Below are positions 28,187 through 42,538 of a stretch of 49,450 nucleotides of DNA, piece by piece. Numbering within the stretch: the first letter of the stretch is position 1; the number at the start of each line of letters is the position of its first letter. The translations under genes and the position numbers were made by a program. This stretch comes from an uncultured Methanosarcinales archaeon (GTDB lineage Archaea; Nanobdellota; Nanobdellia; Woesearchaeales; DSVV01), in assembly GCA_964593285.1 (NCBI GenBank), contig CAZQHZ010000010.1, forward strand, positions 1 through 49,450. The letters run 5' to 3'. The notes under the pieces were generated by a model. That model searched no databases and was not told where the DNA came from. It worked only from the letters and a program-made list of their open reading frames with translations.

Positions 28187-30202
28187 TCATTTTTCATTTT
28201 CATAATGAACTAAATAGCATTCTCTTTGATCTAATATATTTGTAAATTTAGATAACTTAGATTTAATTGTATCTAATCTTTGTTTTTTTTCTATTTTTTT
28301 ATCAAAATAAACATTTTTAAATTCAATTTTCCCATAAAATGCATATTTTGCAGGGTTTGAAAAAATATAGTCTTTTGAAATTTCAAATAATTGTTGATTA
28401 TCATCTATTTTAGTAATATATCCTCGTTCAATTAAAGAATTTATATCTTCGTTTGCTTGAAATGAAATTCCTGATTTTTGTATAATATCAATTATTGAAA
28501 ATTTTTTTAGAGAATATGCAGTTTCTAGAAATTTTAATTCATTTTTATTTAATTTATCTAATTGTGGTAAAAATGATGGCTTTAAATTTATTTCTTCAAT
28601 ATCTCTTAAAATTCCACCAGTATTCATTTCAACTAATAAATTAAATTCAATTGTTTTATTTTTGCATGAAAACAAAATACAAGGAATTAAAACTGTTTTT
28701 ACATTTAAATTTCCAGTCATTAATTTTAAATCTTCTTTTTTTAAATTTGGAATAATTACAGGAATTAATTCTTTTTCTTTAAATTCGTTTAATTCTTCAT
28801 AAAATTTTTTATCATTTTCAATATTTCCAAGTATGTCAATTGCTTCACCACCATGTTTAGTTTTTCTAGATCTTATATTTGTTAAAAGTGGTGTTTGTGC
28901 AATTCCGGTAACTAAAGCAGTACCAATTGGTAAATTTTTTATTTCTTGTTCAGATTCTTGTGTTATCCCTTCAACTGAGCTAGTTACAGCTTTTAAATCA
29001 TTTGGATTAGTTATTTTTAATATTATTTGTGTTGTGCATTGACTTAAAACCGTTTTTTGAACAATTGCAGGTCTTTGGCTAACAACACATAAACCAAGGC
29101 CAAATTTTCTACCCTCAGATGCAATTGTTTTTATTATTTTAGAGCTTTTAGCATCAGAAAAACCTTTTTCTGGAACATAATTATGTGCTTCTTCTATAAC
29201 TAAAAAAAAAGGTGGAATATTTCCTTTTTTTCGTTCAGAAAATAAATCCTTTAATAATTTATAAACAATTATTTGTTGAACTTCAGGTTCAATTCCTTTC
29301 ATATTCAAAATTGAGCATTTACCAGGTTGTATTATTTCATTATACGATGTTGGATTTTTTGAAAATATTTTAAAGCCTTGAAGATATTCAATTGTATTAA
29401 TTAAATTCCATTTTAAATTATTTTCACTCATCTCAAGATTTTGTATTAATGATTCAAAAGTAAAATTTTCAATATTTTTAATTGTGCTATATAATAATCC
29501 CATTTGATTACTTGTTAATTTTGTTGGTAAAAGATCAATTACTTCTTGTGCTGTTAAATTATCATTTAATTTAATTGGTTTTAAATTATTATCAATTTCT
29601 AAATTACCATATTCTACAATTTTTTTATTGAATGCTTTTGGTTTTAAATTATATTTTTGTAATTTTTCAATTTCTTCTTTATTGTCATTTTCTTTTTTTA
29701 ATGATGAATATTCTCCATGTGGATCTATTATTAATAAAGGAATATTTTTTTCAATTATTTCTTCAAGTAAAACACCAACACAATAAGATTTTCCAGAACC
29801 AGACTTTGCAAGAACACAGACATGTTTTGTTAATAATTTGTTAATATCTAAATATACATCAATATCAGTTCCTTCAAGTTTTCCAATAAATGCACAATTT
29901 TCTTTATTTTCTTGTTCAATGATTATTTTTTTAATAAATTCTTCTTCTGCTTTTAAAACTTCAATTCCAATATCAAAAGGACTTCTTATTGTTTTCTTTG
30001 ATTTTTCAGAATCTTTATATCCAATAACATTTGCTTTACCAATAACATTATCATTAGTTTTTTCAATTTCCATAACTTGACATAACACATATCCATAATC
30101 TTTATGATATACTTGAATGTAGTCAAATTTATTTATATTATATTCAATTACAAACTCAAACTTGTTTGTTGTAGTTTTTCCAATAATCTTTCCAACAATC
30201 AT
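28187..30202 (-). CDS. HerA/DUF87-family ATPase with N-terminal HAS barrel and C-terminal wHTH-like region
   Basis: AKSGSGKS, IIDPHGEY, IEEAH, EGRKFG, SQRP. Confidence 0.87.
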   Translation of the reverse strand: MIVGKIIGKTTTNKFEFVIEYNINKFDYIQVYHKDYGYVLCQVMEIEKTNDNVIGKANVIGYKDSEKSKKTIRSPFDIGIEVLKAEEEFIKKIIIEQENKENCAFIGKLEGTDIDVYLDINKLLTKHVCVLAKSGSGKSYCVGVLLEEIIEKNIPLLIIDPHGEYSSLKKENDNKEEIEKLQKYNLKPKAFNKKIVEYGNLEIDNNLKPIKLNDNLTAQEVIDLLPTKLTSNQMGLLYSTIKNIENFTFESLIQNLEMSENNLKWNLINTIEYLQGFKIFSKNPTSYNEIIQPGKCSILNMKGIEPEVQQIIVYKLLKDLFSERKKGNIPPFFLVIEEAHNYVPEKGFSDAKSSKIIKTIASEGRKFGLGLCVVSQRPAIVQKTVLSQCTTQIILKITNPNDLKAVTSSVEGITQESEQEIKNLPIGTALVTGIAQTPLLTNIRSRKTKHGGEAIDILGNIENDKKFYEELNEFKEKELIPVIIPNLKKEDLKLMTGNLNVKTVLIPCILFSCKNKTIEFNLLVEMNTGGILRDIEEINLKPSFLPQLDKLNKNELKFLETAYSLKKFSIIDIIQKSGISFQANEDINSLIERGYITKIDDNQQLFEISKDYIFSNPAKYAFYGKIEFKNVYFDKKIEKKQRLDTIKSKLSKFTNILDQRECYLVHYENEK

Positions 30203-30250
30203 AATTTAACAGAATTTTGTTTTCTTTAAATATATTATGGTGTTTTTTAA

Positions 30251-30634
30251 TTATTTGCTTACTTTATTATTATTATTATTATTATTAAACAATTTATTTG
30301 TAGTATTTGCAAATCTTTTAATTATTACTGATGAAAATCCCCAGCTTAAAGTTATCCATATAGGAATTCCAAGGTATGTTGGATTATTAAAAGTCCATGC
30401 ACCATAATAAACAATTATTATTTCACCTATTTGAAAAAAAATACATGCAATAATAAATAATAATATGTCTTCTTTAGATTTCCAAAAAAACAATGCAGTT
30501 AAAAAAATTATAATATAAAGTATTGTTAAAATTAAATTATTTTCCCATAAAAATGCCATACTAAATACAAGTAAAAATAAAGCTAATATTTCAAAGAAAT
30601 ATTCAGTTATTATTATCTGTATTTTAGTTTTCAT
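30251..30634 (-). CDS. Four-TM membrane protein, DUF2878/CruF-like
   Basis: GE...V..GAW.F..P..LGIPIW...WG motif. Confidence 0.5.
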   Translation of the reverse strand: MKTKIQIIITEYFFEILALFLLVFSMAFLWENNLILTILYIIIFLTALFFWKSKEDILLFIIACIFFQIGEIIIVYYGAWTFNNPTYLGIPIWITLSWGFSSVIIKRFANTTNKLFNNNNNNNKVSK

Positions 30635-31435
30635 TTATTTATCAATAGTAGTTCCAATATTTAAATTACTTGTTATTGATTTTTTTAAATTACCTTTAAT
30701 TAGTCCATTTATTATTTGTATCTTAATATCTTTTCCTGCTAAATTTTGCATTTCTTTTATTTTATGAAACATTCCACCAGTTACATCAATCCCGTCTGAT
30801 TTTAAATTGTTGTTTAATATTTTTTTAATATTTTGATTATTAATTGTTGGTATTAATTTTTCATTTTTATCATATACTCCATTAGTAATTCCAGCTAAAA
30901 TTATTTTTTTTATTTTATATTTTTTTTTTAAATCTTTAGAAATTAAATTAATTATTTGCTCAGTTGAAATTATTGAAAATTTTTTATTCAAATCAAAAAT
31001 TACATCACCATATAGTAATGGTATTATATTATTTTCAATAGAATTTATTAATGTTTTATCAAACATTTCAAATTTATTACCATTAAAAGTAACAATTGAT
31101 GATGGATGAATGGTTAATGCATTGATTTTATTTTTTAATAGTTCTTTTAATATAAATTTATTTAATTTTGAAACAGCATTTTGAGTTAAACAAAATCCTC
31201 TTATACTTTCTTTATTTTTATATCCATCAATTATTTTATATTTTTTTGCAAGCGGATGTCCAAATGATCCTGCACCATTTGTTAAAATTATTTTTTCTTT
31301 AATTTTTGGAATTGAATCTTTAATTTCTTTAATTATTTTTTCAACAATTTGAGAATTATAAGTAAATGGTTTATTTTTATTTGTGATTAATGAACCACCA
31401 AGTTTAATAATTATTACTTCTTGCATTTTTTTCAA
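30635..31435 (-). CDS. ipk: Isopentenyl phosphate kinase (amino-acid-kinase fold)
   Basis: KLGGSLIT.K, GAGSFGH, YGDV, DVTGGM..K. Confidence 0.85.
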   Translation of the reverse strand: MKKMQEVIIIKLGGSLITNKNKPFTYNSQIVEKIIKEIKDSIPKIKEKIILTNGAGSFGHPLAKKYKIIDGYKNKESIRGFCLTQNAVSKLNKFILKELLKNKINALTIHPSSIVTFNGNKFEMFDKTLINSIENNIIPLLYGDVIFDLNKKFSIISTEQIINLISKDLKKKYKIKKIILAGITNGVYDKNEKLIPTINNQNIKKILNNNLKSDGIDVTGGMFHKIKEMQNLAGKDIKIQIINGLIKGNLKKSITSNLNIGTTIDK

Positions 31436-31994
31436 GAATCATTTGTGGATATGGTTTTTTTAATAATTTATTCTTTTTAATACCAAGCGAATTTGCAATT
31501 TCAATTAATTCACCTTCTGTTTTTTTAATTTTATTTTTGTCATAAATAATTTTTTCAAATTCAGTCCACTCACCCAAATTTAAAATATCATCAAAACAAA
31601 AAGAAAGTCCATTATATTTTATTTGTTTTCGACTTCCTTCAACAATTACTATAAGGTTATTTTCTTTTATTTTTTTTTCATATTGTTTTTGTGTTAAAAT
31701 TTCAGGTTCAGTTTCAAGTAAATGTCCTTTATGTGTTGTTGGATATTTAAACATTTCAAAATATTTTATATTTTCATTTTTATTTATTTTCCTTAATCTG
31801 TGAATAAATCCAGTATTTTTGTCATATTTTATATAGCTATCAACGCAATAAATTTTATTTTCAGGAACAATTCCAAAAACATTTTTTATTTTATTTTCAA
31901 GATTTCCTTTAGTTCTAAGTTCAACTTCATACTCATATTGTTGTGGTTTTATAAAAACACTTTTTTCATTATTATTATAATTTTTGTGTGTCAT
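31404..31994 (-). CDS. CYTH / triphosphate tunnel metalloenzyme
   Basis: YEVELR (ExExK/R), DSY, RLR, D....LG.WTEFE, PY..M. Confidence 0.72.
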   Translation of the reverse strand: MTHKNYNNNEKSVFIKPQQYEYEVELRTKGNLENKIKNVFGIVPENKIYCVDSYIKYDKNTGFIHRLRKINKNENIKYFEMFKYPTTHKGHLLETEPEILTQKQYEKKIKENNLIVIVEGSRKQIKYNGLSFCFDDILNLGEWTEFEKIIYDKNKIKKTEGELIEIANSLGIKKNKLLKKPYPQMILEKNARSNNY

Positions 31995-32042
31995 TTTTAA
32001 ATGTGTTTTTGTTTTATTTTTATAATTTACTAAATTTTTTTA

Positions 32043-33122
32043 TTAATATTCCCTCATTAACATAAAATCAGCAATACTTTCAAGAAATATTTTTACATTA
32101 TCATTCATATTTATTTTTTTTAATTCTAATTTACTTTTTTTAATTAATCTTCTTGCTTTATTAATAGAATAATCTAATGATTTTGTTTCTGTTATTATTT
32201 TAATAAATTCATTTATTTCATTTATTGAAATATCTTTTTTTCCTAAATATTTTTTTATTTTTTGTTTTTGTTTTTCATTAGAATTTTTTATTGCTTTTAT
32301 CACAAGCAATGTTTTTTTCCCTTCTTTAATGTCAGAGCCAATATTTTTCCCTATTTTTTTTTTATCTCCAATTAAACCTAAGATGTCATCTTGTATTTGG
32401 AACGCTTCTCCAAGAGGCATTGCAAATTTTTTTAATAGTTTTAATTCATCATTATTAGCATTAGCAAAAACACTACCTAATTTTAATGGTGAATATAATG
32501 AATAAATTGATGTTTTATATTGTTGTATTTTTTTAATTTCTTTTTCTGTTATTTTTTTATCATATATAGATAAAATATCCATTGTTTGTCCAATACATGT
32601 TTTAATAATTGTTTCATTAAATATTTTTATTGCTTTTAATTTAATATTTTCATCAAATTTAGTATTTTCAATAATTTCACTTCCAAGAACACTTATTATG
32701 TCACCAGCAATAATTGCAAGATTTTTTCCTAATTCTTCTTTATTTTTTGTTGTTAGATATCCAAATTCATTTTCTAAAACTTTGTGCATTGTTGGTTTAT
32801 TTCGTCTTAAATTATCATTATCAATTATATCGTCATGAATTAATAAGAAAGATTGCATTAATTCAACAGCAATTGCAACATTTAATATTTCTTTATCATA
32901 AGTTAAATTATTATTTTTATAAAATGCCTTGTATCCATATAGTACTAGTATTGCTCTTAATCTTTTTCCATCTCTTAGTGTAAATTCTTTTAATTTAGAA
33001 AAAATAATCTGAGCAATTTTTGGTTCATTTAAAAAATATTTTTCTTTTTTATTAAAATATTTAATTAATTCTTTATTAATTATTTTTCTTTCTTTTTCTA
33101 ATTGTTTTTTAAAATCAATCAT
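32043..33122 (-). CDS. idsA: Polyprenyl diphosphate synthase (GGPP synthase-like)
   Basis: GKRLR, FARM LIHDDIID..RR, GQ..D, KT, SARM FQIQDD, DIKEGKKT. Confidence 0.9.
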   Translation of the reverse strand: MIDFKKQLEKERKIINKELIKYFNKKEKYFLNEPKIAQIIFSKLKEFTLRDGKRLRAILVLYGYKAFYKNNNLTYDKEILNVAIAVELMQSFLLIHDDIIDNDNLRRNKPTMHKVLENEFGYLTTKNKEELGKNLAIIAGDIISVLGSEIIENTKFDENIKLKAIKIFNETIIKTCIGQTMDILSIYDKKITEKEIKKIQQYKTSIYSLYSPLKLGSVFANANNDELKLLKKFAMPLGEAFQIQDDILGLIGDKKKIGKNIGSDIKEGKKTLLVIKAIKNSNEKQKQKIKKYLGKKDISINEINEFIKIITETKSLDYSINKARRLIKKSKLELKKINMNDNVKIFLESIADFMLMREY

Positions 33123-33174
33123 AAAAATAGTTTTTTAATAATTTATTTAAATTTTATTAAAATTTTAGAATTTT

Positions 33175-33726
33175 TTATTCAGAAAAAACTTCTGCTTGAA
33201 ATGCATATATTTTGTTATCTAAATCTTTCCATGCATTTTTATCTAAGTTTGCTTTCATTGACAAATGCATTAAAAATTCTTCTACACTCCAGTTATATTC
33301 AATTGGAACTTGAGGTAATAAAAGACCTTGTCCATATTTTCCATCAATTATTAATCCATCTCTTCCAATTTTTATTTTATCTAAATATTCTTCTGCTTTT
33401 GTTACTTCTATTAATTTTTTAGGTGTTAAAATAGAAATTTCAATTTTTATTTCATTTAATTCTTCATTAGTTACTGGACTAAATCGTGGGTCTTTAAATG
33501 CTGCAGCTTTTGCGACATTTATAATTGTATTATATAAAGATAAAGGACTTTCTATGTAACCAATACATCCTCTTAAATTGTTATTTTTATGTAATGTTAC
33601 AAATACACCAAAATTTTCATTAGAAATTTCTTCTTTTTTTATTGTTGGTTTTAAATTTGTAAAAAACTCATTTATTGATTGTCTTGCAAGAATTAATAAT
33701 TTTTCTTTTTGATCATTATCGATCAT
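33175..33726 (-). CDS. AMMECR1-domain protein
   Basis: GVFVTL, LRGCIG, AAF.DPRF, EISILT, GLLLPQV. Confidence 0.92.
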   Translation of the reverse strand: MIDNDQKEKLLILARQSINEFFTNLKPTIKKEEISNENFGVFVTLHKNNNLRGCIGYIESPLSLYNTIINVAKAAAFKDPRFSPVTNEELNEIKIEISILTPKKLIEVTKAEEYLDKIKIGRDGLIIDGKYGQGLLLPQVPIEYNWSVEEFLMHLSMKANLDKNAWKDLDNKIYAFQAEVFSE

Positions 33727-34001
33727 TTTATTTCTTTTTCAAACTCTTTAATAAATTTTTTATTTTTTTTCTTTAAGCGATTTCCTGCATCATTTATTGT
33801 TTTAATTACATCTGTCCCTTGTTTTGTTTCAACAACCATTGTTGGAACTTTAAGTACGGGATGTTTTATAAAGTAACCTGCAGATTTAACTGAATCATCA
33901 TTATATAATTCATCTTTTAAAGCATTACATAGAGTATGATTTTCATTTTGTATTTCAATTATTATTTTATTTTTTGATTTTTCAATAACTTTTAATTCCA
34001 T
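33723..34001 (-). CDS. rpoL: RNA polymerase subunit L (Rpo11)
   Basis: ENHTLCNAL, AGY.IKHP. Confidence 0.92.
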   Translation of the reverse strand: MELKVIEKSKNKIIIEIQNENHTLCNALKDELYNDDSVKSAGYFIKHPVLKVPTMVVETKQGTDVIKTINDAGNRLKKKNKKFIKEFEKEIK

Positions 34002-34100
34002 TATTAATTCACCTATTTTTTTGAGATTTATTTTTTATTTATAAAATTATTGATTTTTCTTTATTATTATTATTTATGTTAATTAATCAATTACTTAATT

Positions 34101-34502
34101 TTATAATTTCATGTCAATATTTTTTGCAATATTTCTTAGATCTTTATAGAAATTCTTTAAATCTTCTTCAAGTTCTTTAATTAATTCAGCTAATGAATTT
34201 GTTCTTAAAATATAACCTTTATTTCCTTCTTTTTCAACAATTCCAGTTTCTATTAATTTTTTTAAATGAAAAATTACTGTGCCTCTAGTTAAATTTAATT
34301 TATAAGCAATTTCATCACTTGTAATAGGTTTTGGTGGATCATTTTTTGCTATATTTAATAGTACAATAAATATTCTAAAACAACTTCTGTCTTTATCTCT
34401 TAAACTAAATAGACCTAAAGATGCACCAAACCACTGTAATTCCTCATTAATATCATTACTTGCAGGTTTTCTAATTTTTATTATACTAATTTTTGTAGTC
34501 AT
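34101..34502 (-). CDS. Winged-helix transcriptional regulator
   Basis: TSDEIAYKLNLTRGTVIFHLKKLIETGIV. Confidence 0.8.
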   Translation of the reverse strand: MTTKISIIKIRKPASNDINEELQWFGASLGLFSLRDKDRSCFRIFIVLLNIAKNDPPKPITSDEIAYKLNLTRGTVIFHLKKLIETGIVEKEGNKGYILRTNSLAELIKELEEDLKNFYKDLRNIAKNIDMKL

Positions 34503-34606
34503 ATATATATAATAATATGTTTAATTATAATAAATTTTCTTTTTTAGTTTGTTTTTGAAAATATTATTGTTATTTTAAATTAATTCTACAACATTTTTTA
34601 ATTAAT

Positions 34607-35326
34607 TTAACAATTATTTAATTCATAATCTACTATTTTATAAATCTCTTCAGTTTTTACAGAACACCCTGCAAGTTTTATTGCCCAAAGCATACCTTCT
34701 AAAACACTTTCTCTAATATCTTTAATTTCTCTTAAATTTTCTTCTTCTTTGAGTATGTATTTATTTAATAAATTTGTTTCATACGCAATTAAGCCAAGTT
34801 CAAAAGATCTAATTACTTTAATTTTATCAATTATTTTTTTTATTTTTTGTACATTATGATGGTTTATTTGAATATTTGTATGAAGTTTTTTTTGCAAATG
34901 TTTTTGTAATAAATATGGGTTTTCAATTAGTAATCTTGTTGATCTTTCATCTATTGCAATTGTATTTGAATTTGTTAGTAAAGCTGTTGCAATAGCTTCC
35001 ATTTCACCTTTATGAAATATATTAATAGGGTTTCCTTTAGCAATAAAACAATTATTTGCTAATTTTATTAATTCATTAGATTTTTTTATAATTTCTTCAT
35101 CTTCTTTTAATTTTATTGTGTTATCCATAATGTATGGAAGTATTTGTAATGCTTCAAATTTGTATTTTTTAGTAGTTAAAGGTTTTTGAATTAATTCATA
35201 AAATACTGCTGGACATATTATAAATTCTCCATTGAATTTTTCTTTTAAAGGTTTTAAAATCCAAAGTAAATTATTCAATGTAAGTGTAATAATTGGTCCT
35301 GTATCAAAAATTATGGCTTTATTCAT
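34607..35326 (-). CDS. PIN-domain protein (VapC/DUF3368-like)
   Basis: IIFDTGP, AVFYEL, GEMEA, AIDE acidic residues. Confidence 0.75.
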   Translation of the reverse strand: MNKAIIFDTGPIITLTLNNLLWILKPLKEKFNGEFIICPAVFYELIQKPLTTKKYKFEALQILPYIMDNTIKLKEDEEIIKKSNELIKLANNCFIAKGNPINIFHKGEMEAIATALLTNSNTIAIDERSTRLLIENPYLLQKHLQKKLHTNIQINHHNVQKIKKIIDKIKVIRSFELGLIAYETNLLNKYILKEEENLREIKDIRESVLEGMLWAIKLAGCSVKTEEIYKIVDYELNNC

Positions 35327-35867
35327 TTTTTATATTAAATATTTTTTTTGCATATTTCATTCTATCACAAATATCAATTTCTTCTTCAAAACTATCGGCA
35401 ATGTTGGTATTTCCTAAAAATTTCATTAATTCCCATTGGCTTATATTTAGTATTTCTGCAGTTCTTGCAAGAGAAATTCCATGGGCATAAACTTTACTCC
35501 CTTTTTTAATTCCTGCTTGATTTAATATATGTTTTACATACAAATTCATTTTTTTATCAATTTTAGAAATTAAATTAATTGCTTTAGATAAACATTCTTC
35601 ATATTCATTAATTTTATCATTTTCAAGATTTTCTTTTGCACATTTAACTAAATCAATTATTTTAGTATTTTCTGAATTTCTTTCAATTAATTTTGATAAT
35701 GCATAAGTAAATATAGCAATATTTATAGAATCTTTATCTTGATATATTGATATATTATGTAATGTATGGTTACTTAATTCTCTTAATTCTTGACTATTAT
35801 TTTTAGTAAGTGCATTAAATGATTTTTTTAAAACATTAATTACATCTTTTTTAATTTCATCATTCAT
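35319..35867 (-). CDS. Helical protein with C-terminal UPF0175-like HTH, putative antitoxin
   Basis: GISLARTAEILNISQWEL; overlaps the downstream PIN gene by 8 nt. Confidence 0.6.
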   Translation of the reverse strand: MNDEIKKDVINVLKKSFNALTKNNSQELRELSNHTLHNISIYQDKDSINIAIFTYALSKLIERNSENTKIIDLVKCAKENLENDKINEYEECLSKAINLISKIDKKMNLYVKHILNQAGIKKGSKVYAHGISLARTAEILNISQWELMKFLGNTNIADSFEEEIDICDRMKYAKKIFNIKNE

Positions 35868-36082
35868 CTATCTATTTTTAAAAACAATTAATATATAAGT
35901 TTTGCTTTTTTTAGTTTGTTTTGTAATTAAAGAGTTATAAATTTATACAAAAATTAAACATATTATAAAATTAAAATAATTTTATAAAATTTTTTATATT
36001 AAATTTATAAAAGACAAAGTTTATTAAATATTTTATTTACAATAAAAACAAATAAATACTTAATATATAATACTACATAATA

Positions 36083-37267
36083 ATGGCTAAAAAATTTACA
36101 GATTTATTAAAATTAATAATTCCATTAAATAATAAACAAAAAACTGTTTTGAATATTTTAACAGACTATTTAGAAAAAGAAGATTTAGATGAAATTAAAG
36201 ATTTATTAAAATTAAAAAAAATTACATTTTCTGAAACTAAACTTGGATTATCACCTCAATTATTGAAAGAAAATTTGTTTTTTACATTTGTTTCAAATAC
36301 AACTGAAGAAAAAATTATCAAATATGTTGATAAAATTAATTATGTTATTCTTGAAAAAATTAAATTAAATTATTTTAAAAAATTCAGTAAATTAGCACAT
36401 AATTTAATTCCAAAATATATTGGTATGAATTTATATGGTTTTGAAACAATAAAAAAAGCAGTTGCATTACAACTTTTTGCAATTGAACCGGTACATATAT
36501 TATTGCTAGGTGACCCTGGAACTGGAAAAACTGAAATTTTAAGAAGTGCATCATCTCTTCATCCAATTTCTAGTTTTGGTTTGGGCTCTGGAACTAGTGG
36601 TGCGGGTCTTAGTATTACTGTTAAGGGAAAAGAAGTTAATAAAGGACTTTTACCGATGGCAGATAGAGGAATTTGTGCAATTGATGAATTAAATTTAATG
36701 GAACAAAAAGATAGGGCATCTTTATATAATGCAATGGAAAAAGGATTTGTTACATATGATAAAGGCGGAAAACATTTTCAATTAAATGCAAATGTTCGAG
36801 TTTTAGCTACAGCTAATCCAAAAGGTGATAAGTTTAATGGGTGGATGATTGAAACAATTAAAAAACAATTACCTTTTGAATCTGCACTTTTATCAAGATT
36901 TCATATTGTTTCTTTAGTTAGAAAACCAAATATTGAAAATTTTATGAAAATAACTAAAAACATAATTAAAGGAAGTCATAAAAAAAAGGTAGGAAATGAT
37001 GAAAAATTTATACAAAATTATGTATCTTATGCAGAAAATATTAATGTTAAAATATCAAAATCTTTAGAAAATGAAATTAGTGAATATATTGGGTCTTTAA
37101 AACAAAAAGAAAATAAATTTATTGTTGAAATTTCTCCAAGATTGGTTATTGGGTTTATCAGATTTGCAAAAGCTTCTGCTAGGATGAGACTTTCAGATGA
37201 AGTTAAAAATGAAGATATTTTATTTGTAAAAGAGATTTATAATGATATTTTAGAAATAAAAAAATAG
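36083..37267 (+). CDS. MCM-family AAA+ ATPase lacking the canonical N-terminal domain
   Basis: LLGDPGTGKT, SGAGLS, ADRGICAIDE, AMEKG..TYDKGG, ATANP, LLSRF, SPR..IR..A.ARMRL. Confidence 0.85.
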   Translation: MAKKFTDLLKLIIPLNNKQKTVLNILTDYLEKEDLDEIKDLLKLKKITFSETKLGLSPQLLKENLFFTFVSNTTEEKIIKYVDKINYVILEKIKLNYFKKFSKLAHNLIPKYIGMNLYGFETIKKAVALQLFAIEPVHILLLGDPGTGKTEILRSASSLHPISSFGLGSGTSGAGLSITVKGKEVNKGLLPMADRGICAIDELNLMEQKDRASLYNAMEKGFVTYDKGGKHFQLNANVRVLATANPKGDKFNGWMIETIKKQLPFESALLSRFHIVSLVRKPNIENFMKITKNIIKGSHKKKVGNDEKFIQNYVSYAENINVKISKSLENEISEYIGSLKQKENKFIVEISPRLVIGFIRFAKASARMRLSDEVKNEDILFVKEIYNDILEIKK

Positions 37268-37513
37268 TATATGTACATTTTCAAAATTTTATATTGTTAA
37301 TTTAATAAAAAGCTATTGTTTCCATAGAATCAATTCCTCATAACGCCCTAATAGATAATATATATAATATAAATAGAAATTTTGGCCTTAGAATGTATCT
37401 ACAAAAAATAAAAATTTATTTATAGATTAAAATATTTAAAAAAAATAAGTATATTGATTTGTATCTTAGTGCATATTAAAATAATTCTATTCATATTTTA
37501 AAAAAAGCAAAAA

Positions 37514-37530
37514 CGAAAACTATATAAATA
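37514..37530 (+). promoter_or_regulatory. Probable BRE-TATA promoter of the rRNA operon
   Basis: CGAAAAC-TATATAAATA about 200 nt upstream of 16S. Confidence 0.55.
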
Positions 37531-37720
37531 ACCTATTAGTCCAAAATGTTACTTTTAAATAATTTATCCTCTCCTTTAATTCCGTATCTAGCGGGATGTT
37601 TTTAAATCATAAAAATGTATGCTTAATTTATTTAATTAAGTATGAATTAGAATGTTGTTTTGCTAATTGTTTTAAGTTTTAAAATTTTTTATCAAAAAAA
37701 ATTTCTTGCGATAGCTTTGA

Positions 37721-39189
<1,469 letters not shown>

Positions 39190-39287
39190 TTTTTTACTTT
39201 AATTTTAAAAGTAAATAAGCAAAACAACATTCTTTTTCATTTTTTTTTAAATTAGCAACCCTAATGGGAAGTTTTAAACTTTTTGTT

Positions 39288-39362
39288 GGGCCCGTAGCTC
39301 AGTCCGGCTAGAGCGCTGCCCTTGCAAGGCGGAAGCCTCGGGTTCAAATCCCGACGGGTCCA
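39288..39362 (+). tRNA. tRNA-Ala(TGC) in the 16S-23S spacer
   Basis: GGGCCCG/CGGGTCC acceptor with G3:U70; CTGCC-CTTGCAA-GGCGG anticodon arm; GGTTCAAATCC. Confidence 0.95.
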
Positions 39363-39515
39363 TTTTTTTCAATTCATACTCATTTAATCATTTGACTGTT
39401 CGTAATTGTAGGATTACGGCCGGTTGGTTTAGACATGGACCTTATATTTATCATCGTGATAAATATAAACCTTCACTTGTATCATGTTGATGAAACCGTA
39501 TAGTAGGCGAATATG

Positions 39516-42416
<2,901 letters not shown>

Positions 42417-42538
42417 CATATTCGCTTACTATACGGTTTTTCATCTTTTTTTTTCTTTATTTTTTTAAAGAATTTAATTTTATTAGTTTTCAATAGAAAA
42501 TTTTATAAATAAATTATTTGTTCAAAGTCTTTATTAAT

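Noticed and set aside
28833..30080. Short + strand ORFs opposite the HerA-like gene
   Set aside because: Shadow ORFs.
32714..33422. + strand ORFs opposite idsA and the AMMECR1 gene
   Set aside because: Shadow ORFs; the hydrophobic look comes from the T-rich antisense strand.
37317..37331. TGTTTCCATAGAATC next to the MCM-like gene, superficially ORB-like
   Set aside because: Single copy, wrong spacing for the mini-ORB consensus, no G-string or inverted partner.
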